A stretch of DNA of 64,000 nt from Candidatus Omnitrophota bacterium (GTDB taxonomy: Bacteria; Omnitrophota; Gorgyraeia; Gygaellales; Profunditerraquicolaceae), in NCBI GenBank assembly GCA_030650425.1, contig JAUSED010000012.1:64905-128904 (forward strand), given 5' to 3'. Under the pieces are notes generated by a model. The model worked only from the letters and a program-made list of their open reading frames with translations. It was not told the origin of the DNA and ran no database searches. This document shows, in pieces, positions 49,773 to 59,810 of the stretch; within the stretch, counting starts at the first letter, position 1, and each line of letters begins with the position of its first letter. The translations under genes were made by a program, and so were the position numbers.

Positions 49773-50923
49773 ATCTGCAAATAGCAGAATTCTTAAAAGA
49801 GAAAGAGGATGCGGGCGAACTTAGAATCTTGAAGCCTATATCTGGAAGGCATAACGGGAGAATTTGTTTTAAGGAGCAGGAATATATTGATTTTTCTTCC
49901 AATGATTATCTGGGTTTATCCAGTCATCCAAAACTTATCGAAGAGAGTAAAAAGGCGATTGATAAGTTTGGTACGGCAAGCTCTGCTTCCCGCCTGTTGA
50001 GTGGGAGCCTCAACTTGCATCATTTGCTTGAGGAGAGGCTCGCTTGTTTTAAAGATAAAGAATCAGCCCTGGTTTTTAATTCCGGTTATCACGCCAATAT
50101 CGGCGTGATTAGCAGTATTTACGCGGATAAGGATGTTGTTTTCTCTGATCGCCTAAATCACGCCAGCATTATCGACGGAATACGTTTGTCTCAGGCGCAT
50201 TTTTTTCGCTTTCAGCATAATGATCTGGAACATCTGGATTCGCTGCTTAAGAAAGAGAGAAGTAAATTTAGGCATGCCTTGATCGTCACGGAATCACTAT
50301 TTAGTATGGATGGGGACAGGCCTCCGCTAAAGGAGCTGGTTTACTTAAAAGAAAAATATGATTGTCAGTTGATGGTTGATGAAGCGCATGCTACAGGCAT
50401 CTTTGGCCGGAATGGGAGCGGAGTGGTAGAAGAAGAAGGGTTGGTTAACAGAGTAGATTTATTGATGGGGACATTCAGTAAGGCGTTGGGAGGCTATGGC
50501 GGGTATTTGGCTGCCTCTAAAAGAATAACCGGCTACTTAGTAAATACAGCCAGAAGTTTTATCTATTCTACAGCTTTACCGCCTTCGGCTATCGCTGCTA
50601 ACTTGGCAGCTATTGAGATAATCAAGAATGAACCTTGGCGCAGGAAAGATCTTTTGGAAAATGTACGATATTTTCGGCAAGCCTTAAGTGAAAAAGGTTT
50701 AAGCCCTAAAGGCGAGGCCCAGATTGTTCCCTTAATTACCAAAGATAGTCTTAGGACAGTAGAACTATCCGAAAAACTTCAGGCTAAGGGATACTGGGTG
50801 CTTCCTATACGGCCTCCCACTGTCCCGCGGAATCAGGCGCGCCTGCGCTTTAGCTTGACTACGCATCATCATCAAAAAATCCTGCGAAAATTAATCGATG
50901 ATCTTACAGAGATCGGAATTTAA
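49760..50923 (+). CDS. bioF: 8-amino-7-oxononanoate synthase
   Basis: SNDYLGL, SMDGD, DEAH, TFSKALG, IRPPTV. Confidence 0.95.
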   Translation: MAGLDLQIAEFLKEKEDAGELRILKPISGRHNGRICFKEQEYIDFSSNDYLGLSSHPKLIEESKKAIDKFGTASSASRLLSGSLNLHHLLEERLACFKDKESALVFNSGYHANIGVISSIYADKDVVFSDRLNHASIIDGIRLSQAHFFRFQHNDLEHLDSLLKKERSKFRHALIVTESLFSMDGDRPPLKELVYLKEKYDCQLMVDEAHATGIFGRNGSGVVEEEGLVNRVDLLMGTFSKALGGYGGYLAASKRITGYLVNTARSFIYSTALPPSAIAANLAAIEIIKNEPWRRKDLLENVRYFRQALSEKGLSPKGEAQIVPLITKDSLRTVELSEKLQAKGYWVLPIRPPTVPRNQARLRFSLTTHHHQKILRKLIDDLTEIGI

Positions 50924-51593
50924 ATTCTTGGATCGGGGTTTCGAAGAAACCCTGGTTTGCCTTCCTGGCTGGGCTGCTGATTATAGGCTCTTTTCTTGGC
51001 TAGATCTAAAATATAATTATTTATTTGCCATGCGCTTGTCTCCTTTTGAATTTAGTAAACATCTTGCCGATTACCTGCATAAAATATCCGAGGATAAAAT
51101 ATCGCTCTTAGGTTACTCGCTGGGTGGATTTTTAGCAGCAGATTTTGCTAAAAATTATTCTGAGATGGTCGGGGAGCTTATCCTGTTGAGTATACGTAAG
51201 GGATATGATGGCAAAGTTATAAAGGAGATTAAAGAGAAGCTGATAAAAAATCAGAGGGGGTACCTTTATAGGTTTTATCTGGATTGTTTTTCCAAGGACG
51301 ATGCGCAAGGATTAGGCTGGTTTAAGCAGCATCTTTTAAAAGATTACTTAAAGGAGATGAGGTTAGAGGATTTGATGGCGGGTTTGGATTATCTGGAAAT
51401 AGCCAGAATCAATCCGCAATCCCTGCGCCCGATAAATAAAATAAGTATCTTTCACGGGGAAGACGATCGCATCGCTCCGCTGGAAGAGGCGAGGTCCATA
51501 AAATCGGAATTAGCGCGGGCCAAATTTATTGCTCTGCCTAAGCTGGGCCACCTTTGTTTTTTAAACCGCAGGCTCGAGGAAAATATCGTTTAA
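50898..51593 (+). CDS. Alpha/beta hydrolase, probable pimeloyl-ACP methyl ester esterase (BioH/BioG role)
   Basis: PGW, GYSLGG, HGEDD, GH; lies between bioF and bioC. Confidence 0.8.
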   Translation: MILQRSEFKFLDRGFEETLVCLPGWAADYRLFSWLDLKYNYLFAMRLSPFEFSKHLADYLHKISEDKISLLGYSLGGFLAADFAKNYSEMVGELILLSIRKGYDGKVIKEIKEKLIKNQRGYLYRFYLDCFSKDDAQGLGWFKQHLLKDYLKEMRLEDLMAGLDYLEIARINPQSLRPINKISIFHGEDDRIAPLEEARSIKSELARAKFIALPKLGHLCFLNRRLEENIV

Positions 51594-52354
51594 TGGAGAA
51601 AAATACATTAGTTAGGAATTTTTCCCGCTATGCGCATTTGTATGACAGTCACGCGCAGGTACAAAACTACACCGCTTCCTTGCTTCTCCAAGAGATAAAA
51701 GATTTTGAAGTAAACAAGATTCTTGAAATAGGGTGTGGCACGGGTAATTTTACTCTCTTGCTGAAAAATAGATTTGAGCATGCGCAGATTAAAGCTATAG
51801 ATATATCCGCGGAGATGGTTAAAATTGCCAAAGAGAAATTATTAGGCCGGAAAATAGAATTTGTTGTTACTGATGCGCGATATTTAGAATTGAGCGAATC
51901 ATTTAACCTGATTACTTCGAATGCCTGCTTGCATTGGTTTAGTAACCCGCAGGAGGTATTGTCAGGCTATAAGAAGCTGCTTAGGCGGAGAGGAGCGGTT
52001 TCTTTTTCTCTATTTGGACCGCGTACTTTCTGGGAATTAAAAGAGTCCTTAAACCGTATTTCCAAGGCCAGCATTTTAAGTTCCGGCGGTTTCTTGGATA
52101 AAGAAGGGATTAGCCAAATTATGCGCAATAATTTTTCTGAAGTTAAAATAAAAGAAACGGTATTTACCCAGACGCACGTTAGCCTTAAGGAATTATTCTA
52201 TAAAATAAAATACACCGGAGTAAGGGGGAATGGCCTTAACGGAAAAATAACTTTTACGCCCGGGTTTATCGAGAGATTAGAAAAATGTTATTTGGATAAA
52301 TTTAAAGAAATTAAAGCTACCTACCAGGTTTTTATTTGTCAGGGAAAGTCATGA
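51593..52354 (+). CDS. bioC: Malonyl-ACP O-methyltransferase
   Basis: FSRYAHLYD..A.VQ, LEIGCGTG; start probably MEKN. Confidence 0.9.
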   Translation: MEKNTLVRNFSRYAHLYDSHAQVQNYTASLLLQEIKDFEVNKILEIGCGTGNFTLLLKNRFEHAQIKAIDISAEMVKIAKEKLLGRKIEFVVTDARYLELSESFNLITSNACLHWFSNPQEVLSGYKKLLRRRGAVSFSLFGPRTFWELKESLNRISKASILSSGGFLDKEGISQIMRNNFSEVKIKETVFTQTHVSLKELFYKIKYTGVRGNGLNGKITFTPGFIERLEKCYLDKFKEIKATYQVFICQGKS

Positions 52355-53046
52355 ATAAGGCTATATTTATTACCGGCACGGATACCGGTATAGGCAAGAG
52401 CGTAGTTACCGGCCTCTTGGCGAGATATCTTTTAGAGAGTGGCTGTAACGTTATCACGCAGAAATGGATCCAGACCGGTTCCCGGGGGTTTTCCGAGGAT
52501 ATCAAAACACATCTTAAGATGATGGGTAAAGACAAGGCGTATATAGGAGATTATCTGGAGAGTATTTGTCCATATTCATTCAAACTTGCTTGTTCGCCTC
52601 ATCTTGCCGCTCAAAGCGAAGGCAGGAAAATAAACCCGGGTAAGATTAAAAATGATTTTAGATTGTTAAGCGACTCTTTTGAGTTTGTACTCGTAGAGGG
52701 TGTAGGCGGGGCGCTGGTTCCCTTTAATCAAAAGCGTTTAGTGATCGATATCGCCAAAGACCTGCGCTTGCCGATTTTGATTGTCGTGGGAAATAAATTA
52801 GGGGCGATCAATCATAGTTTATTGACGATTGAGGCGCTAAGAGCAAGACGATTGAAAATTCTAGGGTTGGTCTTTAATAATTTCCCGCGCCAGAATCAAA
52901 GAGTGCTTGAGGATAATCAACGCATCATAGAATCAATGGCCAGAGAAGAAGTATTTGGTGCATTTAACCGGCAAACGGATTATAAAAAATTATATCAAGA
53001 TTTTAAGCGGATAGGGGAGAAGATATGCCTGCGCATCAATGGCTGA
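52351..53046 (+). CDS. bioD: Dethiobiotin synthase
   Basis: TGTDTGIGKS, VEGVGG, LGAINH. Confidence 0.95.
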   Translation: MNKAIFITGTDTGIGKSVVTGLLARYLLESGCNVITQKWIQTGSRGFSEDIKTHLKMMGKDKAYIGDYLESICPYSFKLACSPHLAAQSEGRKINPGKIKNDFRLLSDSFEFVLVEGVGGALVPFNQKRLVIDIAKDLRLPILIVVGNKLGAINHSLLTIEALRARRLKILGLVFNNFPRQNQRVLEDNQRIIESMAREEVFGAFNRQTDYKKLYQDFKRIGEKICLRING

Positions 53047-54377
53047 AAAAAGATCGGGAATACGTCTGGCATCCTTATACTCAGATGAAGGATTGCCGCA
53101 AGGTTCCCCCGCTTTTAATTAATTCGGCCAAAGGGGTAAAGCTTTATAGTGAAGAAGGTAATATGTATTATGATACTATCTCCAGCTGGTGGTGTAATGT
53201 GCACGGCCATAATCATCCCAAGATTAAAAAAGCGATATGCAAACAGTTGGATTTCTTAGATCACATTCTTTTTGCGGGACTTACCCATAAGCCGGCCATA
53301 GGCTTAGCGGAAAAATTAGTTTCTTTGACGCCGGCTAACTTAACCAAGGTTTTTTTCTCGGATAACGGCTCAACCGCGGTGGAAGTAGCCCTAAAAATGT
53401 CTTTTCAGTATTGGCAGAATGTTGGCGCCAGTAAAAAGAAGAGATTCGTCTCTCTGGATATGGGTTATCACGGTGATACGATCGGCGCGATGAGCGTGAG
53501 CGGGGTAGATCTTTTTAACAAAATATTTTCTCCGTTATTTTTACCCTCTTTTAAAGTGCCTAGCCCGTACTGTTATCGCTGCCCGCGGAAAAAGGAGAGA
53601 GATTCTTGTAATATTGATTGCATAAAGCCGCTAGAAGACTTGTGTAAGAAAAAATCCAAGGAGATAGCCGCTATTATTTTAGAGCCAATGGTGATGGCTG
53701 CCTCCGGAATGATCATTTATCCCAAAGAGTATTTAATCAAGGTGGCGGAATTAGCTAAGCGTTATAATATTCATTTAATTTTAGATGAAGTGGCTACCGG
53801 TTTTGGCCGCACAGGCAAGATGTTTGCTTTGGAACATGCTTCGGTAGAGCCTGATTTCCTTTGTCTTTCTAAAGGGATTACCTCTGGCTATCTGCCTTTA
53901 GCCGTAACTTTGACTACTGACAAAGTTTATCAGGCGTTCTATGGTGATTATGAGGAACGTAAAACCTTCTTTCACGGCCATACCTTTACCGCCAATCCGA
54001 TTAGTTGTTCCGCGGCATTGGCAAGTTTGAATATTTTTAAAGAAGAAGATACGCTGAAAAGAGTTAAAGAAATAATTCCTTTTTTCCACCTTCGGATGGA
54101 AGGGTTTAGAGATTTTCCCTTAGTGGGTGATGTACGCTATCTGGGTTTGATTGGTGCTATTGAGTTAGTAAAAGATAAAAAGACAAAAGAGGGATTTCCT
54201 TTTGAAAAGAGGATCGGTTTTAAGGCTTATCAATTAGGGCTTAAAAGACAGCTTATTTTAAGGCCGTTAGGAAATGTCATTTATTTGTTCCTCCCGCTTT
54301 GTATAACCAAGAGAGATTTGGAAGAGATATTAAATAGAGTTTATTTGGTAGTAAAGGCGTTGCAGACTCAAAAATAG
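53025..54377 (+). CDS. bioA: DAPA aminotransferase
   Basis: WHPYTQ, SSWW, DEVATGFGRTG, SKG. Confidence 0.96.
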   Translation: MPAHQWLKKDREYVWHPYTQMKDCRKVPPLLINSAKGVKLYSEEGNMYYDTISSWWCNVHGHNHPKIKKAICKQLDFLDHILFAGLTHKPAIGLAEKLVSLTPANLTKVFFSDNGSTAVEVALKMSFQYWQNVGASKKKRFVSLDMGYHGDTIGAMSVSGVDLFNKIFSPLFLPSFKVPSPYCYRCPRKKERDSCNIDCIKPLEDLCKKKSKEIAAIILEPMVMAASGMIIYPKEYLIKVAELAKRYNIHLILDEVATGFGRTGKMFALEHASVEPDFLCLSKGITSGYLPLAVTLTTDKVYQAFYGDYEERKTFFHGHTFTANPISCSAALASLNIFKEEDTLKRVKEIIPFFHLRMEGFRDFPLVGDVRYLGLIGAIELVKDKKTKEGFPFEKRIGFKAYQLGLKRQLILRPLGNVIYLFLPLCITKRDLEEILNRVYLVVKALQTQK

Positions 54378-54403
54378 TAGGCTATAAATGTCCAATCTGA
54401 TTA

Positions 54404-54466
54404 CAGCAGGGGACACTTTCCATCAGGGCTATCGCGAAGCCCTTTATAGGAAAGTGTCCCCTACTG
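54404..54466. repeat. REP-like hairpin / terminator after bioA
   Basis: AGGGGACACTTTCC...GGAAAGTGTCCCCT with inner AGGGCT/AGCCCT. Confidence 0.85.
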
Positions 54467-54623
54467 TTTGCTCTGAGCGAAAAAAATAGAAACGATCCCC
54501 TGTTTTGAAAGCGCTTCCAAAATATACCCCTGTTTTGACCTTGATAGCGTCGAGCTAAGTGTTATACTTTGAATGTAACTTAGGGGGAGGATGGAGGAAT
54601 GCAAACTCAAGGGGGGATTTTTT

Positions 54624-54700
54624 ATGGCCAGAAAAACACGTACAAAAATCTGGTACTTTACCAAAAAGGAATATACTACATTTTAGTAAGACTAATAAGG
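54624..54700 (+). pseudogene. Possible 5' remnant of a REP-associated tyrosine transposase
   Basis: MARKTRTK then frameshifted GIYYILVR, like a RAYT N-terminus; near the REP-like hairpin. Confidence 0.4.
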
Positions 54701-54806
54701 ACGATACGATAATAGTCAGGTAGTGCATATTTAGCTGTTTCCGATGCGAACAAGAGAGTGGATCTGTGGAGTAAGGTATAGGTTATTTTCCTTTGCAAAG
54801 TGGTAA

Positions 54807-55163
54807 TTTAATAGTATAATTTCTACTAAAGAAGCCTTCATTACAGCCGAAGACTTATACCGCTCAAAACATTATGTCCAAGCTTTATTTTTTGGCCATC
54901 TTGCGATAGAAAAGCTTCTGAAGGCTAAAATTATTGAAACGACTAAACAGGAGCCCTTATATTCGCATGATTTGGTTATTTTATCAGGCTATGCAAAACT
55001 TAAACTGAATATAAAAGATCTAGACTTTTTAGCAAGAGTAAACGTATACAATATTCGAGCCAGATACCAAGATTATAAGAGGTCGCTCTATAAACAGGCA
55101 AATAAAAAGTTCACTGTAGCTGAATTAACAGCCATAAAAGAATTCTTTAAGAGGATAGAATGA
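54807..55163 (+). pseudogene. HEPN-domain protein lacking its N-terminus/start codon
   Basis: Open frame from 54807: EAFITAEDLY..ALFFGHLAIEKLLKA..SHDL..ARY; no ATG. Confidence 0.75.
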
Positions 55164-55474
55164 CTTTAGAAAATGTAAAACAGCTGGCCTATAGATATAA
55201 AGCCGCGCTTATCAAAAACAATATACCTGTGGATTCAATATATCTCTTTGGTTCTTATGCCAAAGGTAAGCAGCGTTTGGGGAGTGATATTGATTTCTGT
55301 GTTGTCTCAAAGATATTCGGAAAGAATGACTTTAGGGAGATGGTTTTGATTAATCAGATTGCCAAACGTATCGCTTCACAAATAGAGGCATTTCCAGTTT
55401 CAGAAAAAGAACTAAAAGCCCGCAATAATCCTTTTATTACAGAGGCCCTCAAAACAGGCACCCGTATGGCTTGA
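55160..55474 (+). CDS. Minimal nucleotidyltransferase (MNT antitoxin)
   Basis: LFGSYAKG..SDID. Confidence 0.9.
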   Translation: MTLENVKQLAYRYKAALIKNNIPVDSIYLFGSYAKGKQRLGSDIDFCVVSKIFGKNDFREMVLINQIAKRIASQIEAFPVSEKELKARNNPFITEALKTGTRMA

Positions 55475-55548
55475 TACTTTAGCTAAAACCAATCAAACCA
55501 ATCGAAATTTCTTGATTCTCCCGTCTATTCCGGCTATAATTAATAGCT

Positions 55549-56013
55549 ATGGAAAAACTCAAAGTTTTGTTTATTTGCAGGGATAATGCGATCCGTTCGC
55601 GGATGGCCGCGGGATTCCTAAATACTTATTTTGGAGAGCGTTATGAAGCGTATTCTTGCGGAATAAGCCCTTCAGCAATAAATCCCCGGGCACAAGAAGC
55701 GCTGAAAGAAATCGGTATCGATCCCCTGTCTGCTTCCCTGAAGAGTATCGAAGAACTTTCTGACGAAAAATTCGATTGCATCGTTACGCTTTGCGATTTC
55801 GCTAAAGCTAATTTACCGCTGCTTCCTGAACATAGAAAACAACTTCACCAGGGTTTCAAAGATTTTTGTTTACCCATGCTCTGTGAAAACGCGGGAAAAT
55901 CGAAAATGTGTTTTCCTCTCAAGGGCAAAAGAATTGAAAAAGACACTCTTACAGCATTTAGGTACCTGCGAGAAGAGATTTTCCATTGGATTGAAAACGG
56001 GATGGTATTTTGA
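55549..56013 (+). CDS. ArsC/LMW-PTP family protein
   Basis: LFICRDNAIRSRMA, VTLCD, FRYLREEI. Confidence 0.8.
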   Translation: MEKLKVLFICRDNAIRSRMAAGFLNTYFGERYEAYSCGISPSAINPRAQEALKEIGIDPLSASLKSIEELSDEKFDCIVTLCDFAKANLPLLPEHRKQLHQGFKDFCLPMLCENAGKSKMCFPLKGKRIEKDTLTAFRYLREEIFHWIENGMVF

Positions 56014-57446
56014 TCGGTAAAATTTTAGTAACCGGGGCCTCTGGTTATATCGGCGGAAGGCTTGTCCCGGAACTGCTGGACAGAGGATATCAAGTCCGGG
56101 TGATGGTCAGGGGAAGCCCGCTTGAATATAGCCGTCTTTGGCCTAAGGCCGAAATAGCGGTCGCGGACGCGCGCCAAATAGAAGGGTTAAGAATAGCCTT
56201 TAAAGGTATAGATACCGCTTATTATTTAATTCATTCCTTACAGCTGGGCTCTAAGGAATTTGCTGCCGCGGATTTACAGGCAGCTAGGAATTTTAGGCAG
56301 GCTGCGCAGGAAGCAGGAATCAAACGGATTATTTATCTTGGAGGGTTGGGCGATGTAAGGGGTGGTGTACTTTCAACGCATTTGCGCAGCCGGTTGGAGG
56401 TGGCTGAAGAACTAAAACGCGGGAAAGTTCCTGTTACCATTCTTCGCGCCGCAATCATCGTTGGTTCGGGAAGCGCTTCCTATGAAATTATTCAGCATTT
56501 GGTTAAGAGGCTGCGGATTATACCAATGCCTCGTTGGGCTAAGAATAGATGCCAGCCGATAGCTATCCGCGATGTAATTAAATATCTTGTAGGGGTGTTA
56601 GAGACACTAGAAACCAGCGGTAATTCTTTTGATATCGGGGGGAAAGATATCTTAACTTATGAAAAGATGCTTAAGGTTTTAGGAGAAGTTTTACGCAAAA
56701 AAATATTTTTCTTTCCTGTACCTTTTTCGAATATCCGTTTTTATGCCTATTTCGCCAGCCTCTTGACCCCGGTCCCCGCGTCAATAACCGAGTGCCTGAT
56801 GGAGGGCTTGAAGAATGAAGTTATCTGTCAGGATGAAAGGATTAAAGATATCCTGCCTTTTGAGGCCTTATCATATAAGGAAGCGATCATAAGAGCAATG
56901 ACCCGGGAGGAACAGGATAGGGTGCATACCCGATGGTCTGATGCTTATCCTCCTGCTCACGCGCTGGCTTTAAAACTCCATGAGCTTGAAAAAACGCCTG
57001 ATTATGTGGTGCATTATTCGCTGCTCACCGAAAAGAACGCCTCTTCGCTTTTTAGCTCCATCTGTAAAATCGGAGGAAAAGAGGGTTGGTTCCACAGTAA
57101 TTGGTTGTGGCGGTTAAGAGGAGGAATAGACCGTATCTTGCTGGGAGTGGGGACAGCCAGAGGAAGAAAAAGCCAGTCCAGCTTAAAAATAAATGACGTG
57201 GTGGATTTTTGGAGAATTGAAGATTTTCAGGAGAACCAAAGGCTGCTTTTACGCGCGGAAATGAAATTACCGGGTAAGGCTTGGCTGGAATTTAGCATTA
57301 CGGATGAGGGTGGTAAGAGAAAATTAAGTATCGCCGCCTACTACGATACGCAAAGCCTCTTTGGTAAAATCTATTGGTATTTATGCCTGCCTTTTCACCG
57401 CTTCATTTTTGTTAATTTGATTGAGGAGATCGAGAGGAGGAGTTGA
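56010..57446 (+). CDS. SDR oxidoreductase YbjT-like (DUF2867)
   Basis: TGASGYIGGRL, GSGSASYE, AEMKLPG. Confidence 0.88.
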   Translation: MIGKILVTGASGYIGGRLVPELLDRGYQVRVMVRGSPLEYSRLWPKAEIAVADARQIEGLRIAFKGIDTAYYLIHSLQLGSKEFAAADLQAARNFRQAAQEAGIKRIIYLGGLGDVRGGVLSTHLRSRLEVAEELKRGKVPVTILRAAIIVGSGSASYEIIQHLVKRLRIIPMPRWAKNRCQPIAIRDVIKYLVGVLETLETSGNSFDIGGKDILTYEKMLKVLGEVLRKKIFFFPVPFSNIRFYAYFASLLTPVPASITECLMEGLKNEVICQDERIKDILPFEALSYKEAIIRAMTREEQDRVHTRWSDAYPPAHALALKLHELEKTPDYVVHYSLLTEKNASSLFSSICKIGGKEGWFHSNWLWRLRGGIDRILLGVGTARGRKSQSSLKINDVVDFWRIEDFQENQRLLLRAEMKLPGKAWLEFSITDEGGKRKLSIAAYYDTQSLFGKIYWYLCLPFHRFIFVNLIEEIERRS

Positions 57447-58411
57447 TAAGGGTGAGAATATTTAAAGTGTTCATCGGTGTTTTTCTTCTCTTCGGCCTGT
57501 CTTTTTTCTTCGGGTGTAATAATGAGCAGGGGGCTAAAAAGATAGATTTGGACAAAACAGAAGAGCTAAATGAAAATCTCCCGGAACCTAACCAATTAAG
57601 AATCGGGATTATTCCTGAACAGGATATTCGCAAGATGGCCGCCAGATATGAACCGCTGGCGGAATACCTTGGTAAAAAATTAAATTTAAAAGTAACTCTT
57701 GTTTATTTAGATAATTACGGCGAGGTTTGTGATAAGTTTATTAGTCAACAGCTTGACGCGGCCTTCTTCGGCAGTTTTAGCTACGCGCTTACGCATGCCA
57801 AAGCAGGAGTGGAGGCGCTCTCCCGGCCGGATTATCAAGGTGTCTCAACCTACAGGGGGCTGATCATTGTCAGGAAGGATGGCAATATAAAAGATCTCCC
57901 GGATATGAGAAACAAGCGGCTGGCATTGGTGCATCGGGCAACTTATGCCGGGTATCTTTACCCGTTATATTATTTTAAAGAACATAAAGTCGCGGATTTA
58001 GACTTATTCTTTTCTCAAGTTATATTTTCCGGCAGCCACGATAAGGCAATAATCGCGGTTTTAAACGGCCAGGCAGATATCGCTGTCCCTAAAGATCTTG
58101 TCTACGAGAGGATGCTAAAAGATAATCCTGATTTAGAGAATAAACTGCTTATCCTTTCTGCTTCTAAACCGGTTCCTTCAAATGCTTTTTGCGTAAGGAA
58201 AGGTTTGGGTTTGAGCTTGAAGGATAGGTTAAAAAATATTTTATTGAATTTAGAAAATGAACCGGAAGCCGGGCCTGTTTTAGTAGCTTTAGGCGCCAGC
58301 AGGTTTATTGAGACCAACGATAAAGATTATGCTAATCTCTATGAAATAATCAAAGCGTTGAAGATAGATTTAGACACTTATCCTTACTATGAGAGGCAGG
58401 ATATAGGATGA
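57443..58411 (+). CDS. PhnD-like phosphate/phosphonate-binding lipoprotein
   Basis: FFGC lipobox, YRGLIIV, TYAGYLYP, GSHD. Confidence 0.85.
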   Translation: MIRVRIFKVFIGVFLLFGLSFFFGCNNEQGAKKIDLDKTEELNENLPEPNQLRIGIIPEQDIRKMAARYEPLAEYLGKKLNLKVTLVYLDNYGEVCDKFISQQLDAAFFGSFSYALTHAKAGVEALSRPDYQGVSTYRGLIIVRKDGNIKDLPDMRNKRLALVHRATYAGYLYPLYYFKEHKVADLDLFFSQVIFSGSHDKAIIAVLNGQADIAVPKDLVYERMLKDNPDLENKLLILSASKPVPSNAFCVRKGLGLSLKDRLKNILLNLENEPEAGPVLVALGASRFIETNDKDYANLYEIIKALKIDLDTYPYYERQDIG

Positions 58412-59793
58412 AAAAATTCATAGGACTACGTAAAAAGATTCTCTTGAGCATGATTTTTCTTCTTTTGCTGCAGGGGTTAACTGCCGCATTCATTAATCAG
58501 GTCTTTTTGTTCAGGCTGTTGAAAACAGAATTTCAGAATAAAGGTTTAATCCACGCCAGAAGTATTGCCGCTTATAGCCTGGTGGATATTTTGACTCAGA
58601 ATAGCTCGCGGCTTAAGAAAATGTTAGATTATGAAAAAAGATTAGACGCGAATACGGCTTACATTTTTATCACCAATTCTTCCGGCCGAGTCCTCGCGCA
58701 TACCTTCCCAAAAGGGTTCCCGGTAGATTTAATTAAAGCAAACATGCTCCCTAAAAATAAAGATTTTAATATACAACTTCTGGATACTCAGCTGGGTTTT
58801 ATTTATGATATCAATATTCCTATTCTATTAGATAAGAGTTTGATTGGAAACGCGCGTTTAGGAATCCTCCAGAGCGGCATCCAGAGGACGATCATACTCA
58901 TTGATTCAGTTATCATTGTTGTTACGTTTCTTCTGATCATCATTGGGCTGATTTTAGCCTATAAGATATCTTCCTTAATTACCCAGCCGATTTCCAAATT
59001 GATAGAGGCTACGGAATCTATCCGCAAAGGCAATTTTTCAACTAAAATAGAGATCAGGACCAAGGATGAGATTGGCCTCTTGGCAGGCGCGTTTAATAAA
59101 ATGACTGCTTATTTAAGCCAACTGGTAGAAGAGGTAGGACGGCTTACTAGGCAGAGAGAGAGGGAGAGCATTGCTTTGGATTTACACGATACCTGCGCGC
59201 AGGATTTGGCTAATCTGATTAAAAGACTGGAGCTGTGCGAGAAGCTTTTTAAAATCGAACCTCTAAAGGCTTTCGAAGAATTGAATGCCCTAAAAGAAAA
59301 TATCCGCGGGCATCTTTTTAAGGCGCGCCAGGTCATCCACGGGCTTAAATCGCCGGAAGAAGAGGGCTTTCCCCTGTCGCAGAAGATAAATGAGTTTATC
59401 AGGAATTACCAGCAGCATGATAAGATTAATCTTAAATTCAATGTTTCCGGGCCAGTTAATAAAAATATTCCGGCGAATAAGGCAACGCACATTTTTTATA
59501 TCATCACCGAAGCGCTCACTAATATTAGAAAACATGCTCAGGCTAAAAATGTGGATTTATCCTTAGATTATAATGGAATAAATGAATTGATCATCAAGAT
59601 CAAAGATGATGGCATCGGTTTTGATCCTCAAAAGGCTGGATTATTAGCTTCGGCCAGCGGGAAATGGGGTTTAATGGGAATGCGCCAGAGAGCCGCTTCT
59701 TTGGGGGGTGCTCTAGTTATAAGCTCAATGCCTAAGCAGGGGACTGAAATCCTTGTCAGGATTCCATTTAGCGGTATAATATATAATATTTAA
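58408..59793 (+). CDS. HAMP sensor histidine kinase (HisKA_3)
   Basis: DEIGLL..FN, ERESIALDLHD, EALTNIRKHA, DDGIGF. Confidence 0.92.
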   Translation: MKKFIGLRKKILLSMIFLLLLQGLTAAFINQVFLFRLLKTEFQNKGLIHARSIAAYSLVDILTQNSSRLKKMLDYEKRLDANTAYIFITNSSGRVLAHTFPKGFPVDLIKANMLPKNKDFNIQLLDTQLGFIYDINIPILLDKSLIGNARLGILQSGIQRTIILIDSVIIVVTFLLIIIGLILAYKISSLITQPISKLIEATESIRKGNFSTKIEIRTKDEIGLLAGAFNKMTAYLSQLVEEVGRLTRQRERESIALDLHDTCAQDLANLIKRLELCEKLFKIEPLKAFEELNALKENIRGHLFKARQVIHGLKSPEEEGFPLSQKINEFIRNYQQHDKINLKFNVSGPVNKNIPANKATHIFYIITEALTNIRKHAQAKNVDLSLDYNGINELIIKIKDDGIGFDPQKAGLLASASGKWGLMGMRQRAASLGGALVISSMPKQGTEILVRIPFSGIIYNI

Positions 59794-59810
59794 CAAAAAG
59801 GAAAGAAGCT

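Noticed and set aside
55549-56013. Calling this a bona fide arsenate reductase
   Set aside because: P-loop CRDNAIRS is atypical and there are no adjacent ars genes; kept at family level
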